A DNA stretch of 64,000 nucleotides, taken from positions 96,227 to 160,226 of the forward strand of contig CAYOUG010000001.1 in the NCBI GenBank assembly GCA_964407105.1. Reading direction: 5' to 3'. Each line of letters begins with the position of its first letter. Positions within the stretch are counted from its first letter, which is position 1. The DNA is from an uncultured Candidatus Saccharibacteria bacterium. Its GTDB lineage: Bacteria; Patescibacteriota; Minisyncoccia; Phycocordibacterales; CALRHW01. The translations under genes and the position numbers were made by a program. Shown here one piece after another: positions 37,858 through 47,834 of this stretch. Under the pieces are notes generated by a model. The model was given only the letters and a program-made list of their open reading frames with translations, did not search any database and was not told where the DNA came from.

Positions 37858-40002
37858 CTACTTTCGACTCTCCACAATCGTCTTCTCCACGTTTGGAGGC
37901 ACAATATCGTAGTGATCAAATTCCATTCCAGCGTTTCCGCGACCTTCGGTCATTGAGCGGAGTTGTGTGGTAAATCCAAACATTTCAGAAAGAGGCACCA
38001 TCGCTCGAATTACTTTTATGCCTCCTGGGCGATCTTCAAAACCTTCTATTGTTGCGCGTTTTGATGAAAGACTTCCTGTAATGTCTCCGAAGAATTTTTC
38101 AGGGACGGTCACTTCAAGTTTCATAATTGGCTCAAGAATAACTGGTCGAGCTTTCTTTGCAGCTTCTTGAAACGCTTGAGACGCAGCAATTTTATAAGCA
38201 ATTTCAGATGAATCCACGTCGTGATAAGAACCGAAAGTGAGCTCACAAGATACGTTTACCATTTTGTATCCAGCCACAATTCCACGATCCATTGCTTCTT
38301 TTACTCCTTTTTCTACTGCAGGAATAAACTCCTGAGGAATAACCCCTCCCTTAATTGAATCCACGAATTCAAATCCGTCGTATCGTTTTACGTTTTTAGG
38401 AATTTTTGCTCCCTCTTCGATTTTTTCAAGTGGTTTGATATTCAATTTTACGTGACCGTACTGACCCTTTCCTCCAGATTGCTTGATGTATTTGTGTTCT
38501 GCTTCTGCGGTTCCTGTGATTGTTTCTTTATAAGACACTTGAGGTTGGCCAACGTTTGCTTCCACGGTAAATTCTCGCTTCATTCGGTCTACCATAATTT
38601 CAAGGTGAAGCTCTCCCATTCCTGAAATAATTGTTTCGCCAGTATCTGAGTTTGAACTAATTTTAAATGTTGGATCTTCGTCAGAAAGTTTTTTGAGAGC
38701 CATTCCCATTTTTTCACTGTCTGCTTTTGTTTTTGGTTCGATACGCAAAGACACAACGGGTTCAACGAATTTAATTGGATCAAGAATAATCGGCTGATTT
38801 TCATCACAAAGAGTATGGGATGTTCTGGCACTTTTTAAACCCACCGCCGCCGCGATTTCTCCAGCAAAAACTTTTTTTACTTCTTCACGTTTGTCGGCCT
38901 GAAGTCGCACAATACGACCGAGTCGCTCTTTTTCGCCAGTTGTGGAGTTATAAATATAGGTTCCAGCTTCGATTGTTCCTGAATACACGCGGAAAAACGT
39001 AAGCTGCCCAACAAATGGATCGTTTTGGAGCTTGAAAGCAAGCGCCGCAAAAGGTTCATCATCTGACGCGTGTCGTGTAATGGTGTCTCCTGTTTTTGGA
39101 TCAAGACCGGTTACTGGAGGAATATCAAGTGGAGACGGAAGATACTCTACAACACCATCAAGTACAAGCTGAACACCTTTATTTTTCAACGCAGAACCAG
39201 CAAACACTGGAATAAGTTTTACCGCGAGTGTGGCTTTTCTAAGTGTTGCTTTTAATGCAGACATTTCAGGCTCTTTACCATCAAGATACATAGACATGAG
39301 CTCATCATCTTGTTCAACAATTTTTTCAATAAGTGTCGCTCGATGTTTTTTTGCTTCTTCTAAATATTCTGCAGGAATTTCTGCTTCTCGAATTTCAATA
39401 CCCATCGTTCCTTCAAAATAATATGCTTTCATTTTGAGTAAATCGATAACGCCTTCAAAATGTTCTTCAAGACCAATAGGAATTTGGAGACGTACAGCGT
39501 TTGGATTTAGTCTGTCGACAATAGATTTAAATGATCGTTCAAAACTCGCACCCATACGATCGAGTTTGTTGATAAAACATACTCGAGGCACTTTTCCATC
39601 ATCAGCATATCGCCAATTTGTTTCAGATTGAGGTTCTACTCCAGCCACGCCGTCGAAAACCACCACCGCACCGTCGAGTACTCGTAGAGAGCGCTTTACT
39701 TCAGCAGTAAAATCAATGTGTCCGGGAGTATCAATAATATTAAAACGAAACATTGCGCTTTTTTCTTTTGGCGCATATGTAGGATTCCAAAAACAAGTAA
39801 TGGCCGCAGCGGTAATGGTGATACCACGTTCTCGTTCCTGCTCCATCCAGTCAGTGGTAGTATTTCCTTCATGCACTTCACCTATCTTGTGACTCATTCC
39901 TGTGTAATACAAAACGCGCTCTGATGTGGTTGTTTTCCCAGCATCAATATGCGCAATAATTCCAAAATTTCTTGTTTTTTCTAATGGGTAGTCGCGGTTC
40001 AT
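37858..40002 (-). CDS. fusA: elongation factor G
   Basis: It has 'RNFGIIAHIDAGKTTTSERVLYYTG' and 'DTPGHIDF', and is 714 aa. Confidence 0.97.
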   Translation of the reverse strand: MNRDYPLEKTRNFGIIAHIDAGKTTTSERVLYYTGMSHKIGEVHEGNTTTDWMEQERERGITITAAAITCFWNPTYAPKEKSAMFRFNIIDTPGHIDFTAEVKRSLRVLDGAVVVFDGVAGVEPQSETNWRYADDGKVPRVCFINKLDRMGASFERSFKSIVDRLNPNAVRLQIPIGLEEHFEGVIDLLKMKAYYFEGTMGIEIREAEIPAEYLEEAKKHRATLIEKIVEQDDELMSMYLDGKEPEMSALKATLRKATLAVKLIPVFAGSALKNKGVQLVLDGVVEYLPSPLDIPPVTGLDPKTGDTITRHASDDEPFAALAFKLQNDPFVGQLTFFRVYSGTIEAGTYIYNSTTGEKERLGRIVRLQADKREEVKKVFAGEIAAAVGLKSARTSHTLCDENQPIILDPIKFVEPVVSLRIEPKTKADSEKMGMALKKLSDEDPTFKISSNSDTGETIISGMGELHLEIMVDRMKREFTVEANVGQPQVSYKETITGTAEAEHKYIKQSGGKGQYGHVKLNIKPLEKIEEGAKIPKNVKRYDGFEFVDSIKGGVIPQEFIPAVEKGVKEAMDRGIVAGYKMVNVSCELTFGSYHDVDSSEIAYKIAASQAFQEAAKKARPVILEPIMKLEVTVPEKFFGDITGSLSSKRATIEGFEDRPGGIKVIRAMVPLSEMFGFTTQLRSMTEGRGNAGMEFDHYDIVPPNVEKTIVESRK

Positions 40003-40062
40003 AATTGTTTAATTAATAATTTTTAGTATTGAAATTCGTCAGAAATTATTGAGTAAGTGTGT

Positions 40063-40185
40063 CCGAAAATTATTTCAGCGTAGCTTTTGAGGGGGGGTCT
40101 CGAGCGCGACGGCGCGAGAGCTTCAGGATTTTTTAAGCTTCAAAAAATCCGTACCCCACAAAAGCTATGATGAAATAATTTTCGG
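40063..40185. repeat. 123-bp element with roughly 27-bp imperfect terminal inverted repeats enclosing GC-rich nested hairpins (MITE-like or structured intercistronic RNA)
   Basis: The left arm is CCGAAAATTATTTCAGCGTAGCTTTTG. The right arm's reverse complement is CCGAAAATTATTTCATCATAGCTTTTG, matching at 24 of 27 positions. The interior has GGATTTTTT-aagcttc-AAAAAATCC and GC-rich GAGCGCGACGGCGCGAGAG. Confidence 0.5.
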
Positions 40186-40197
40186 AAACCCAACAAC

Positions 40198-40668
40198 TTA
40201 CCACGCAAAGTGAGCAAAAGCCTTGTTTGCTTCGGCCATTTTGTGTGTGTTTTCTCTCTTCTTCACAGCTTCACCTTCGTTTTTACTTGCGGCGATAATT
40301 TCATCGGCAAGTCGCACGTGCATAGGAGAGCCCTTTTTTGCTCGAGCGGCTTCGATAATCCATTTCATAGAAAGTGCGAGACGTCGTTCTGGTCGAACTT
40401 CTCGAGGAATCTGATAATTTGCTCCACCAACACGTCGTGATCGCACTTCCATAAGAGGACTTGTGTTTTTAAGTGCCATATCAAGAATCTCAATAGGATC
40501 AGTTACTTTTGCTTTTTCTTTTAATTGTTCCATAGCAGCATACACAACCTTTTGAGCGGTTTGCTTTTTACCATCGTTCATCACGTAGTTTATAAGTTTG
40601 CCGATTTTTGTAGATTCATATACAAAATCTGGTCCTACGATATTTCTGTTTTTTACTTTTCGTCTCAT
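40198..40668 (-). CDS. rpsG: 30S ribosomal protein S7
   Basis: It has 'GKKQTAQKVVY' and 'VGGANYQIP'. Confidence 0.95.
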   Translation of the reverse strand: MRRKVKNRNIVGPDFVYESTKIGKLINYVMNDGKKQTAQKVVYAAMEQLKEKAKVTDPIEILDMALKNTSPLMEVRSRRVGGANYQIPREVRPERRLALSMKWIIEAARAKKGSPMHVRLADEIIAASKNEGEAVKKRENTHKMAEANKAFAHFAW

Positions 40669-40683
40669 AGATCAGTCTGATTA

Positions 40684-41094
40684 TTATTTCTTAGGTTTTT
40701 TAGCTCCGTACACGCTTCGGCTTGTCATTCGCTTGTCTACACCAGTAGCATCGAGCACGCCACGCACAATAGTGTATCGAAGACCAACGTCCTTTACACG
40801 TCCACCTCGAATCATGACCACTGAATGCTCTTGGAGATTGTGACCGATACCTGGAATATATGCAGTAACTTCCATACCATTTGAAAGACGCACACGAGCG
40901 ATTTTTCGAATAGCAGAATTAGGTTTTCGAGGGGTTTTTGTGGTTACTTTTGTACAAACACCTCGCTTGAAAGGGGCGGCAAAATATACTGGGCGATTTT
41001 TAAGAACGTTAAAACCACGAGAAAGAGCGACAGCTTTTGACTTTCGTTTTGTTTTGCTTCTTTTTCGTTTTACTAGTTGATTTATCGTTGACAT
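40684..41094 (-). CDS. rpsL: 30S ribosomal protein S12
   Basis: It has '[12 protein letters not shown]' and '[17 protein letters not shown]'. Confidence 0.97.
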   Translation of the reverse strand: MSTINQLVKRKRSKTKRKSKAVALSRGFNVLKNRPVYFAAPFKRGVCTKVTTKTPRKPNSAIRKIARVRLSNGMEVTAYIPGIGHNLQEHSVVMIRGGRVKDVGLRYTIVRGVLDATGVDKRMTSRSVYGAKKPKK

Positions 41095-41166
41095 ATATAA
41101 ACCGCTTACCGTTTAAAAAGGATACGACATACTCTAATATGTAACCATAAAAAATGCAAGCAGGCG

Positions 41167-41823
41167 CTATAAGCTAAAACCTGTAATAAGCCAAAATATT
41201 AATCCGATAATCGGAGAAAGTACTGGCCAAAGAAAGAAAATGAAAATAAGCACAAGAAAAAATCCATACATCTCAAGAAAGTTACGAACCTTGCGCATAT
41301 GATAAGGCAGAATGGCAAATAAAATTTTTGAACCATCGAGAGGTGCGATTGGCACAAGATTAAACACTGCAAGTAAAATGTTGATGAACACAAGCGAAGC
41401 GGAGATGGTTATTACATCTGTAGAAAGAAGTCCTGCGGGCACAGCAAAACGAATTATGAGTCCGAAAAAAACAGCAATAACAATATTAGATAATGGTCCA
41501 GCCCCAGCCACTATAGCTTCTCCCCACTTACCACCACGCTGAAAATTGTATGGGTTATATGGCACTGGTTTTGCCCAACCAAATACAAAACCAGCTTTTG
41601 TGATTACTAGAAGAATCGGAAGAATAACAGAACCAAAAATATCTAAGTGTTTTAAAGGATTAAGTGTCAGTCTGCCTTCATTTTTTGCTGTTGGATCACC
41701 AAGTATGTACGCAGCATAACCATGCGACACCTCGTGCACCACGACAGACATGATCAAAAGAATGATTTGAAACAGTGTATCCATACTTGCTAAATATAGA
41801 CCATATGATAGCATACAGAACAT
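41167..41823 (-). CDS. site-2 protease (M50) family membrane metalloprotease
   Basis: It has 'VVVHEVSHGYAAYILGD' (HExxH in a TM helix) and is polytopic. The start is uncertain. Confidence 0.65.
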   Translation of the reverse strand: MFCMLSYGLYLASMDTLFQIILLIMSVVVHEVSHGYAAYILGDPTAKNEGRLTLNPLKHLDIFGSVILPILLVITKAGFVFGWAKPVPYNPYNFQRGGKWGEAIVAGAGPLSNIVIAVFFGLIIRFAVPAGLLSTDVITISASLVFINILLAVFNLVPIAPLDGSKILFAILPYHMRKVRNFLEMYGFFLVLIFIFFLWPVLSPIIGLIFWLITGFSL

Positions 41824-41845
41824 TCAATACGAATAGTTTACTAAC

Positions 41846-42088
41846 ATGGCAAAAATTTGCGCAATAACAAAAAGAGGTTCTATTGTAGGTGGTGGTTATA
41901 GCAACCGTACTCGTGCAACCCAGTTTAATCCAACGGGTAAAACACGAAAATACTTAAACCTACAAAGAAAAAAGATTTATGTGCCTGAACTTAAAAAGCA
42001 TATTATTTTAAGCGTTTCTACTAGAGCACTCAAAACTATAAATAAAAACGGAGCGTTTGCTACTCTAAAAAAAGCAGGGCTTATTTAA
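41846..42088 (+). CDS. rpmB: 50S ribosomal protein L28
   Basis: It reads 'MAKICAITKRGSIVGGGYSNRTRATQ' and is 80 aa. Confidence 0.8.
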   Translation: MAKICAITKRGSIVGGGYSNRTRATQFNPTGKTRKYLNLQRKKIYVPELKKHIILSVSTRALKTINKNGAFATLKKAGLI

Positions 42089-42172
42089 AAAATAATCCTA
42101 AAAAAACAAAAAGCCCGAAAGGGTTTTTTGTTTTACAAAATAAAGATCCCCCAACGCCGTTGCGAAAGAGGA

Positions 42173-42784
42173 TCAGGTGCTCTGTTGAGAGAAAGAGGTT
42201 TCATCAACAGCCACGAAAAGTTGATACCGACCAAACCGCCAGAATGGATCATGGAAAGTGCCGGAGTTTACACTCCAACCACCAAACCATCCCGGACGCC
42301 AAAACACAAAAACCGGGCAAAGCACACCTGCGTGGTTTAACACAGGAAAGATGTTCAGATCACCATTTGTTCTGAGAACACCCGCCTTACCCTTTCTTTG
42401 CGCTTTCATCAAAAAGTAGACCTGAGCAAGGCCGGTGCGGTGGTTTTCTCCCAAAACAACGGGTTCGTTGGTCTCAGGAAGTGGTTTGGACACAAAGCAA
42501 ACGAGAATACTCGCCTGACTTGGTTCTTCTACCACCCCTCCAAAGTTTGCAACAAAACGCTTGCCTCGGTCTACAATTTTGACTCCCGTGAAGAGATTCC
42601 GCCCCCGCACGAAATTGCGCCTAACAACAAACTCTTCTTTGATTCTCGGTACCACAACCGGAGACAGATCTCTTAGGGTAATTGGTTCCGAATTCAAAGA
42701 TGCTGTTTTTGGCACAGTCTGATTATCAGACACTGAACGCAGGAATTCGCGCCACGAGCGCAGATCTCCAATACTCATACTCAT
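42173..42784 (-). CDS. hypothetical protein in a GC-rich island
   Basis: AAAGGAGGTG lies upstream of 'MSMSIGD'. The start was placed by ORF-track arithmetic, with an uncertainty of about 3 nt. I recognised no domain. GC is higher than in the neighbours. Confidence 0.4.
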   Translation of the reverse strand: MSMSIGDLRSWREFLRSVSDNQTVPKTASLNSEPITLRDLSPVVVPRIKEEFVVRRNFVRGRNLFTGVKIVDRGKRFVANFGGVVEEPSQASILVCFVSKPLPETNEPVVLGENHRTGLAQVYFLMKAQRKGKAGVLRTNGDLNIFPVLNHAGVLCPVFVFWRPGWFGGWSVNSGTFHDPFWRFGRYQLFVAVDETSFSQQST

Positions 42785-42887
42785 TTTCCACCTCCTTTCT
42801 TTTTGTGGATGAATTTTAGTATGTTCTAATATAGGAGTATACACGATAAAGAATCATTTAAAATGGGTAGGTGTGAATATGAAATAA

Positions 42888-43802
42888 TCAGAATATTCGT
42901 CTAAAAATTTCTCCATTAGATTTAAACATCACCGTCCCCTCTTTAAAAGTAACTAATGTAGAGATATCACTTTTTGAAAGCCGACCAAGTACATCTTCGT
43001 GAGGATGTCCATAGCGATTATTTTCCCCCGCAGAAATAACAGCAACATCCGGAGATACAGCTTTAATAAAGATTTCACTTGTTGATGTTTTTGAGCCGTG
43101 ATGTGCCACCTTTAATATATCGCTATCAAGAAAAAACATGCCGGACAAAGCTTGGCTAAATTTTTTGTGTGAAAATTCATCAAGCTCAACCAAATATCCC
43201 TCCATATCATCTGTAGTATCCCCCGTAAGCATCACTGAAGTATTTTTATAAACAAGTTTCGCTACTATCGAGCCATCGTTTGTAGAAAACGTAGAGACAT
43301 CACGGTCCGGAAAAAGAATAATGAGATGCACCTCATTATCAATTTTAAAATCCATACCCCGTCGAGCAATAATCTTTTTTGTACCAACCCCTTTTACCTC
43401 TTCATCAATCTTTTTTTCTAATTCTTTGTAAACCGCTGTTTCTGGCATTGTGCCCGGCTCAACAACAGCACCAACTTCGTATTTTTCTAACACATCAATA
43501 AATCCAGCTATATGATCTTTATCTGGATTTGTCACAAATATCATATCTATAGAGTTATCAAAAAGAGGCATTAATTTTGCGAGATGTTGAGAAATAGAAT
43601 TATCTGGCCCACCATCTACAATAATTTGATTACCATTTGGAGTTTCAATGAAAATCGCATCTCCTTGACCAATATCCAAAAAAGCGACAAAAAGCTCATT
43701 GCTTGGCCTAAAATCTAGCACTTCTCGCCAAACAAAAAACAATCCGATAATAAAAATTATTAAAAGTGAAATTTTTGGATATGTAAAAACGCGTTTTAAC
43801 AT
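42888..43802 (-). CDS. membrane-anchored MBL-fold hydrolase, stand-alone ComEC C-terminal domain
   Basis: It has an N-terminal TM segment and 'FLDIGQGDAIFI', 'KVAHHGSKTS' and 'GENNRYGHPH'. Confidence 0.75.
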   Translation of the reverse strand: MLKRVFTYPKISLLIIFIIGLFFVWREVLDFRPSNELFVAFLDIGQGDAIFIETPNGNQIIVDGGPDNSISQHLAKLMPLFDNSIDMIFVTNPDKDHIAGFIDVLEKYEVGAVVEPGTMPETAVYKELEKKIDEEVKGVGTKKIIARRGMDFKIDNEVHLIILFPDRDVSTFSTNDGSIVAKLVYKNTSVMLTGDTTDDMEGYLVELDEFSHKKFSQALSGMFFLDSDILKVAHHGSKTSTSEIFIKAVSPDVAVISAGENNRYGHPHEDVLGRLSKSDISTLVTFKEGTVMFKSNGEIFRRIF

Positions 43803-43827
43803 TACATTTGTGATATATTAGTTAGAT

Positions 43828-44427
43828 ATGAAACCATACACAGAAAAACAATTTAATATCGGGGATCTCGTGGGTATTTCAAAGAAAAATATCGAAGAAC
43901 ATCTAAAACTTTATTCTGGTTATGTAAAAAACACTAACCTGATTTTTCAAAAACTCGACGAATTGCGAACTGATAGCGAAAAAAATACATTTGTTATAGG
44001 TGAATTACAGCGTCGACTCGGTTTTGAATTTGATGGAATGCGTAACCATGAATATTATTTTCATAGTTTTGAAGGTGGTTCACAAACTTTAAATAGCGAT
44101 AACGCATTTGCTATGGCAATTTCTTCTCAATTTGGAAGTTTTGATGCGTGGCTTTCGGTTTTTAAATCTATCGCACTCACGCGTGGTGTGGGCTGGGCAA
44201 TTCTTTATTATGACAATCAAACCGGCCAATTCGTAAATACTTGGGTTGAAGAACAACATCTTGGACATCTCACTGGACTGCAACCAATACTTGCTCTTGA
44301 TATGTGGGAACATGCATATGTTTACGATTTCCCTACTTCTGAAAAGAAAAAATATGTTGAAGCATTTTTTGCGAATCTAAATTGGAGCGTGATTGAAGAA
44401 AATTTTAAAAAAGCAAAAGATTTGTAG
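43828..44427 (+). CDS. sodA: Fe/Mn superoxide dismutase
   Basis: It has 'HLKLYSGYV' and 'LALDMWEHAYVYDF'. Confidence 0.9.
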   Translation: MKPYTEKQFNIGDLVGISKKNIEEHLKLYSGYVKNTNLIFQKLDELRTDSEKNTFVIGELQRRLGFEFDGMRNHEYYFHSFEGGSQTLNSDNAFAMAISSQFGSFDAWLSVFKSIALTRGVGWAILYYDNQTGQFVNTWVEEQHLGHLTGLQPILALDMWEHAYVYDFPTSEKKKYVEAFFANLNWSVIEENFKKAKDL

Positions 44428-44520
44428 AAACTCTCGCAGACAACAAAAATAATACTTAAGGCGAATTAATAAAAGCATGTGATTTTTTACTATGCATGGT
44501 TTTGATTTATGCGATATATT

Positions 44521-46041
44521 TCAAACATCATTTTTGTTGTTTGTAATTAAACATTTGTTATACAAAAGCCAACCCAACACAACAATATAAACCACCAATA
44601 CAATCCATACAGAAAACACCACAAACTCTCTGTAAGCAAAAGGTATTTTCACAGAAATTCGAACAACACTAAATATATAATCGAGTAAAATATAAGCAAT
44701 GTAAGCTGGAAAAATTGCCAAAAAAACCGATACGAATCCAAATAAACCAGAAATAAAACTCATAAGCATTGCAATGGGTATGATCGCAATCACAAGAAGA
44801 TTTGTAAAAATAGAAACAAAAGAAACCATACCGGTCATAAAGACAAGCATGGGTAACAAAAAAAGCTGGGTAGAAAGTGTAGAAGCAACACACGATCGTA
44901 TTTGAAACTTTTTTGGCAACCACCACAAACGATGTTCCATAGCTGGTACAAATGCAATCAGTGCAAAAGTAGCCATACACGAAAGTTGAAAAGACGGATC
45001 AGAAAGTAAAATGTGTGGGTTGTAAAAAACCATTGCGCACGAAGCTACAGCAAGTGCACGCAATACATCATAAGTACGGCCAGTAAGACGGGCTATGAGT
45101 AAAAGAAGTGACATAATAGATGCACGCACCACAGTTGCTCCCCCACCGGTAAGTATTGCAAAACAGAAAATACCAAGTGCACCAAAAGCACCCGCCCATA
45201 CTTTTGGCAAAAAAGAAAAAAGATGAATCATAAAATCTGCGACAATCGTAACGTTGTATCCGGACAAAACCACCACGTGTATGAGTCCAGCTTTTCTAAA
45301 ATCGTCTTGCAAATCTTTACCAAGTGAATGTTTTGTACCAAGCAAAATACCGCCCGCAAGCGAAGCGTGTGGTTCTCTAATAACACGAGAAATACTTTGC
45401 ATAAACGCACTTTTTATACGAAGCATAAAACTTTTTAAAATATTTCCGTGTCCACCAGATACAAAATTTATTTGTGGTTGGAATATTTGATAAACAACAT
45501 CGTCTTTTTTCAAATACGAAACATAATCAAATTCTCGGCCGGTGTTTGTTTTAAAATTTTCTGGTTTTTCAAGTGGACCCACGACAGAAACAATGTCTCC
45601 ATAAGAAAAATTTTGATACAAAGAAGTAATAAGAATAATTTTTTCATCTCCAGACGGTTTGTTTGTTTCAACATCTACCGGAAGTACAGTAAGACGTATT
45701 GAGGACTCTCGCACATCTGGTTCTTCTGTAATACGTGCAAAAAACTCTACGTCTCTACCCACACGCGCCTTTAAAAATTCATTTTCTTTAAATAATTCGT
45801 GTGTATAAGAATAACGAAGTGTCCCGATACTCATAGAAAAAACACATAATACAAAAAGAAAAAATATCCGCACAACAAAAATGTGCTTTTTTATTTTTGT
45901 CACATAAAACATAAAAAGCAGAAAAATTGCAGAAAGCACAAAAAACCATATCGCAAGAAAAAGAGAAAAAACATAAAAAGAACCCAGTATAATTCCAAAT
46001 AAAAATCCAACAACTATTGTGTACAATGTCGAACCATTCAT
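44521..46041 (-). CDS. comEC: ComEC/Rec2 competence channel (DUF4131 plus competence domain; MBL domain encoded separately)
   Basis: It is polytopic and has 'GLIHVVVLSGYNVTIV'. It lacks a C-terminal MBL domain. Confidence 0.75.
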   Translation of the reverse strand: MNGSTLYTIVVGFLFGIILGSFYVFSLFLAIWFFVLSAIFLLFMFYVTKIKKHIFVVRIFFLFVLCVFSMSIGTLRYSYTHELFKENEFLKARVGRDVEFFARITEEPDVRESSIRLTVLPVDVETNKPSGDEKIILITSLYQNFSYGDIVSVVGPLEKPENFKTNTGREFDYVSYLKKDDVVYQIFQPQINFVSGGHGNILKSFMLRIKSAFMQSISRVIREPHASLAGGILLGTKHSLGKDLQDDFRKAGLIHVVVLSGYNVTIVADFMIHLFSFLPKVWAGAFGALGIFCFAILTGGGATVVRASIMSLLLLIARLTGRTYDVLRALAVASCAMVFYNPHILLSDPSFQLSCMATFALIAFVPAMEHRLWWLPKKFQIRSCVASTLSTQLFLLPMLVFMTGMVSFVSIFTNLLVIAIIPIAMLMSFISGLFGFVSVFLAIFPAYIAYILLDYIFSVVRISVKIPFAYREFVVFSVWIVLVVYIVVLGWLLYNKCLITNNKNDV

Positions 46042-46247
46042 ACATTAAATATACAAATTAAATCTCAAGAACTTATAAAAAAAAGATAAAGTAATTTTAT
46101 TGACTTTTTTATTTTTTGTATTACTTTATAGAAAGAATCGCTGACTCGACAGCTTTCTGTACATGAAGTATCTCGAGTGGACCTGAAATCCATTTGAGAT
46201 GGAGACTGACCTCCTTTGTACAAAATTCGAGCAAAAGGAATGGTTAA

Positions 46248-46913
46248 ATGACCAAACTTGAACGCCTGTTCTTTGATGGTAGGGTGTCACCACTACTCTT
46301 GAGATTGTGGTGCCCAATAGATGGTCACAAAATGGTGAAGATGTGGTACAAGAACAGAAATGAGGGGGCGTTCTTCTCAATCATCTTCTTGTTTTGTACG
46401 GCTTTCTTTGTTTTCAAGTACATTACAACTTCTACTATTTTTTGGCACAACGGTGATTTTGGCACCTCCAGCATCAGCCTGCTCGAATTGGGGTTGATCT
46501 GTATCCCTTACGCCATGTTTGGTTTTTCTGGACTTTTCGTGTTCAAAATGCTTTTACGCAACCTCCACTACAAAACAGATCCATTCGAAGACGTAAGCAA
46601 ATTCCCTGATACTAAATTCTTTGACGCCTGCGACAGGCTAGCAGAGATTTTAGAAATTAGCACCGCAGGATACGCGAGCAAGGAGTGGATCAGACAAGCA
46701 GTAGACACACATCTCGTAAGAATCGGTCGACATGTGGTCGATGAAGAAAAGAGTGGAGTAAGAGACTCTGAAACATTAGAAGAAAACCGAAAAAAAATGA
46801 GAGAAGATCACAGCTTTCTGGTAGATAATTTTCCAGCGGTTGTGGACGGAACCTTCAATAGATATTACCAAATAGCAGAAGAAAAATGGGCTGAGGAAAA
46901 CAGCCCAACTTAA
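46248..46913 (+). CDS. membrane protein (2 TM helices), hypothetical, in a moderately GC-richer gene
   Basis: AAGGAA lies upstream of the ATG. A terminator lies at 46946-46982. Confidence 0.45.
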   Translation: MTKLERLFFDGRVSPLLLRLWCPIDGHKMVKMWYKNRNEGAFFSIIFLFCTAFFVFKYITTSTIFWHNGDFGTSSISLLELGLICIPYAMFGFSGLFVFKMLLRNLHYKTDPFEDVSKFPDTKFFDACDRLAEILEISTAGYASKEWIRQAVDTHLVRIGRHVVDEEKSGVRDSETLEENRKKMREDHSFLVDNFPAVVDGTFNRYYQIAEEKWAEENSPT

Positions 46914-46994
46914 CTGTTCATCCGTTCGATCACCCGTCTCTCCAGCGCCTCACACCCCCTTGGTGTTGTGGGCGCTTTTTTTATAAATCTAAAA

Positions 46995-47741
46995 TTACAT
47001 TTTCCACTGCGCAATAATGATTTTCTCCTCTGATTCATTTAACGCCTTCTTAAATTTTGCACCAGAAATACCATTCACGCGACGTTCACATTCTTCCCAT
47101 GTTTTATGTGTTTCTATTTTTCCATTTACCATACTCAAATATGAATAAGCCTTAGAGCGAGAACGACTTTTTGAAGTACTTTTTTCTTTTTTTTGTTCTG
47201 TATTAAAAGAAATATTTGAGATATCAAAATTATAATCTGCACGATTTCCTAAAAAAAGTTTTTGAGTTTGACCTTCTGCAAAATTAGAAGCTATTTCATC
47301 GACCCTTTCATTACCCACAATGCCAATATGTCCACCAACATACTTCCAAGAGATTTTTGTATCAAAAAACTTAATGTTTTCAACAGCATTATCGAGTCTC
47401 TCCCACAAATCCTTATTTATTACATCTTCTTTTTGTAGGGTTTTCCATTGACGCTTTTTCCATCCAGCAATCCATTTTGTGATACCGTTTATTACATAAT
47501 TTGAATCAGTGTAAAGTGTAATTGGTAACTTTGATAATTCTGGCTCACCGTTCATATTTTCCACGACAATTTCTAGTGCTTTTATTGCACCCATAAGCTC
47601 CATTCTATTATTTGTTGTGTGCGTCTCTTTTCCACCAAGTTCAACTATTGTATCGCCCAAAGATACAATCGCTCCCCAACCACCCGGCCCAGGATTACCT
47701 TTCGATGCTCCGTCACTGAAAATTATTATCTCTGATTTCAT
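46995..47741 (-). CDS. rnhA: ribonuclease HI with a C-terminal hybrid-binding (Cauli_VI-like) domain
   Basis: It has 'IFSDGASKGNPGPGGWG...TNNRMELMGAI...YTDSNYVINGITKW'. The C-terminal 'KTWEECERRVNGISGAKFKKALNESEE' matches the HBD signature, which is normally N-terminal. Confidence 0.8.
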   Translation of the reverse strand: MKSEIIIFSDGASKGNPGPGGWGAIVSLGDTIVELGGKETHTTNNRMELMGAIKALEIVVENMNGEPELSKLPITLYTDSNYVINGITKWIAGWKKRQWKTLQKEDVINKDLWERLDNAVENIKFFDTKISWKYVGGHIGIVGNERVDEIASNFAEGQTQKLFLGNRADYNFDISNISFNTEQKKEKSTSKSRSRSKAYSYLSMVNGKIETHKTWEECERRVNGISGAKFKKALNESEEKIIIAQWKM

Positions 47742-47834
47742 ATTTTGATAATTATATACATAAAACTAAAAACGGTCTTCAAACAAATTAGCAAAAAATT
47801 ATAGAGTGTTTAGATTTAATAATTTTTTCTTTTT

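Noticed and set aside
44669-44980. I considered the antisense ORFs inside comEC, 44669..44980 and 45228..45410.
   Set aside because: They are embedded in a polytopic membrane-protein gene and have no independent signals.
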